Below are positions 62,204 to 64,000 of a stretch of DNA of 64,000 bases, piece after piece. The stretch is taken from positions 1,004,067 to 1,068,066 of the forward strand of contig NW_003314322.1 in the NCBI RefSeq assembly GCF_000143415.4. The letters run 5' to 3'. This stretch comes from Selaginella moellendorffii (taxonomy: Eukaryota; Plantae; Lycopodiophyta). How positions within the stretch are numbered: position 1 is the first letter of the stretch; each line of letters starts with the position of its first letter. A model generated the notes under the pieces. That model was not told the origin of the DNA. It searched no databases and worked only from the letters and a program-made list of their open reading frames with translations. The position numbers and the translations under genes were made by a program.

Positions 62204-63098
62204 TTAAGCCGACGCCGCTGCATGGCTCATGCCGGACATTAATGGCTCCCTGGCACCCACGGCAGAGGCCGGAGGAACACTAATGGACCTCTTGCCTGAC
62301 ACCGAAAGAACAAGAAAGATATCAGCGTCGAGTAGAAAATCCAGCAGTATTTTAATAAGAACGTACCGAAGAAAGCTACGCACGAGAGGAGCAGCATTGA
62401 AACACCTGATAGAAGCAAATCCATACCAAATACGACAGCAAGCGTTACCAGGCCCAAGCGCGGTGCCAGGAGTAGCACTAAAAATGCTAGTACCACGGAT
62501 ATAACACCACTTCCCATCAAAGTCGGCCAAGTCGCGAAGTTCCGGACCTGGGAGGCCATCACAGCCTTGAACACCCCCTAAACGAAGAAGAAAAATAAAC
62601 AAGAGGTGTTAGTGATCAAAAGAAGAATCAAGCACTTACATGAAGAAGAAACCACATAGCCATGACGACGATGAGCAAGGTGCCGCTGCGTAGAGGATGG
62701 ATGACCATCAGTAGCCCGACGATCATATAGAGAGCTCCCAGCAACAAGAAAGAGCTAGTCCCAGGTGCTCCACACATGAAGAAGAACTGGATGAGAGCCA
62801 TAGCACCGCCAAACACGAGCAGCCAAGAGATCAACTTGCCGATAGCCAGCGTGAAGCTCAGGGGGAAGACGATAGCCACCAGGCCAACGAGTACCAAGCC
62901 AGCTCCATACACAGCCAAGTTGATCGTAACTTTGTCCAGGTGATCCTCGGAGATGTTTCCAGTGATCGTTCTCATCTGGAAACGCCTGAAGTAGCTCCCG
63001 GTGCCTGGCAAAGCAGCGGTGGAGTCCCCTGGAACGTAAGGATCACCTGGTCTTGGTGATGTTGCTGCTGCTGGATGAATTGCATCCTTACTCGCCAT
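62204..63098 (-). CDS. HdeD/DUF308-like multi-pass membrane protein, 3 exons
   Basis: Repeated GxxxxxxGxxxxxxP helical hairpins (GAGLVLVGLVAIVFP; GALYMIVGLLMVIHP; GVISVVLAFLVLLLAP) and FGMDLLLSG; introns 62639-62578 and about 62366-62298. Confidence 0.72.
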
Positions 63099-63378
63099 CG
63101 CTATCGCTTACTCTGAGCACTGCCTTCCTTCCAGCCGAGAACCTCAGCTCATATAGACTAAAAATCCCGGATCATGCATCGCCCTTCTAGCTCTATCCTC
63201 CAAGTTTTAGAAGTATCTTGCAGGCTGCCAAGTGTACCAACATGCAGACCCTGCCCCCCAAACTGGCATTTACGTAAATAACTGGAAGCTGGAAGCGCGC
63301 GGTTATTTGGAAACAGCTTGTTCGATTCTTAGCTAAAGGATACGACCCTAAGATTTTCACTTTTGTCCCCAGGGCTGT

Positions 63379-64000
63379 TTAGTAGCTCTCGTCTTCACTT
63401 TCTGACCTCCGCAAGTGGAAGCGTAGACAATTGACGAGAACCTGGAACAAGCAAAAGCATAGTTTGAGGCAACATTGCCGTTAACATGTTAGTATAGTAC
63501 CTCTGCCAGAGACTTGGTCAGGGCTGCACCTCCGTAGCTCACATGAAACCTGTCTCTCGCCACCAGGCCCTGTTTAACGCATTAGTATTTGAAAAAGAAA
63601 AAGATCGTCTCCTTACTTCTGTATCAATTTCTGCAGATTCCACTGTGACGCTAGTTGCAGTGATCATCTCCACAATGTCCAGGAGTAAGCCCGGTTTATC
63701 GGCTGTCTCAATTGTTAACAAGCTGCATTGATCAATATAGCGTTTATATTTAGTCTATATAGCGTTTGTGTTTTCAGTCTTAAAATGTAATACCTTCTAG
63801 CGGGTCCCTGATCGGTGACAGTGATATGAGTTTTAACGTCAATCTGAAAAAGAAGTCACCGAGTTATGTGGTTGTTTTTCCATGGAATCGAACCTTCTTT
63901 GGAGGTTTCTTCCCGAAAGCTTCTCCCATAGCCAGTTTTTCGCTGGACTCCTGGAAGCATTTGCGTTTTAGTCTCATGACTTTGGAATAAAAATAGAAAA
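63379..64000 (-). CDS. ACR12: Plastid ACT-domain repeat protein (ACR11/ACR12 type), 3' part
   Basis: [67 protein letters not shown]; 5' exons lie outside the window. Confidence 0.88.

Overview
Eukaryotic land-plant genomic DNA. Very short introns (about 50-70 nt), tight gene packing, several PLS-class PPR genes and a PAS-EDR1-Raf kinase point to a lycophyte, most likely Selaginella (inference). Layout: (1) 1-9.7 kb: a near-intact Ty3/gypsy element with a canonical -1 frameshift site and a 175-bp 3' LTR, a folded-back copia remnant, and orphan gene debris. (2) 10-27.6 kb: a compact gene block of a PLS-E PPR, an ANR/ARK-type PAS-EDR1-Raf kinase preceded by a putative spliced uORF, sucrose-phosphate synthase with one frameshift, a type-A response regulator, a CRCK-like cytoplasmic kinase and a P-class PPR. 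(3) 27.6-31.6 kb: an AT-rich island with an intact secreted bulb-lectin fusion gene. (4) 31.6-45.7 kb: one 14-kb non-coding retroelement with four LTRs, bounded by a TCTAA target-site duplication. It has an internal inversion, variable satellite arrays in its LTRs and a nested Cassandra-like TRIM carrying a 5S rRNA domain. (5) 48-60.6 kb: a segmental duplication with two copies of an unknown, very hydrophobic secreted protein, flanking PPR, mitochondrial-carrier and LRR pseudogene fragments, an inverted-repeat element and heavily C>T/G>A-mutated copies of the gypsy from 1-4.4 kb. (6) 60.7-64 kb: strictosidine synthase-like, HdeD/DUF308-like membrane protein and ACR12-like genes. All coordinates and splice sites were read by eye; no database search was run.
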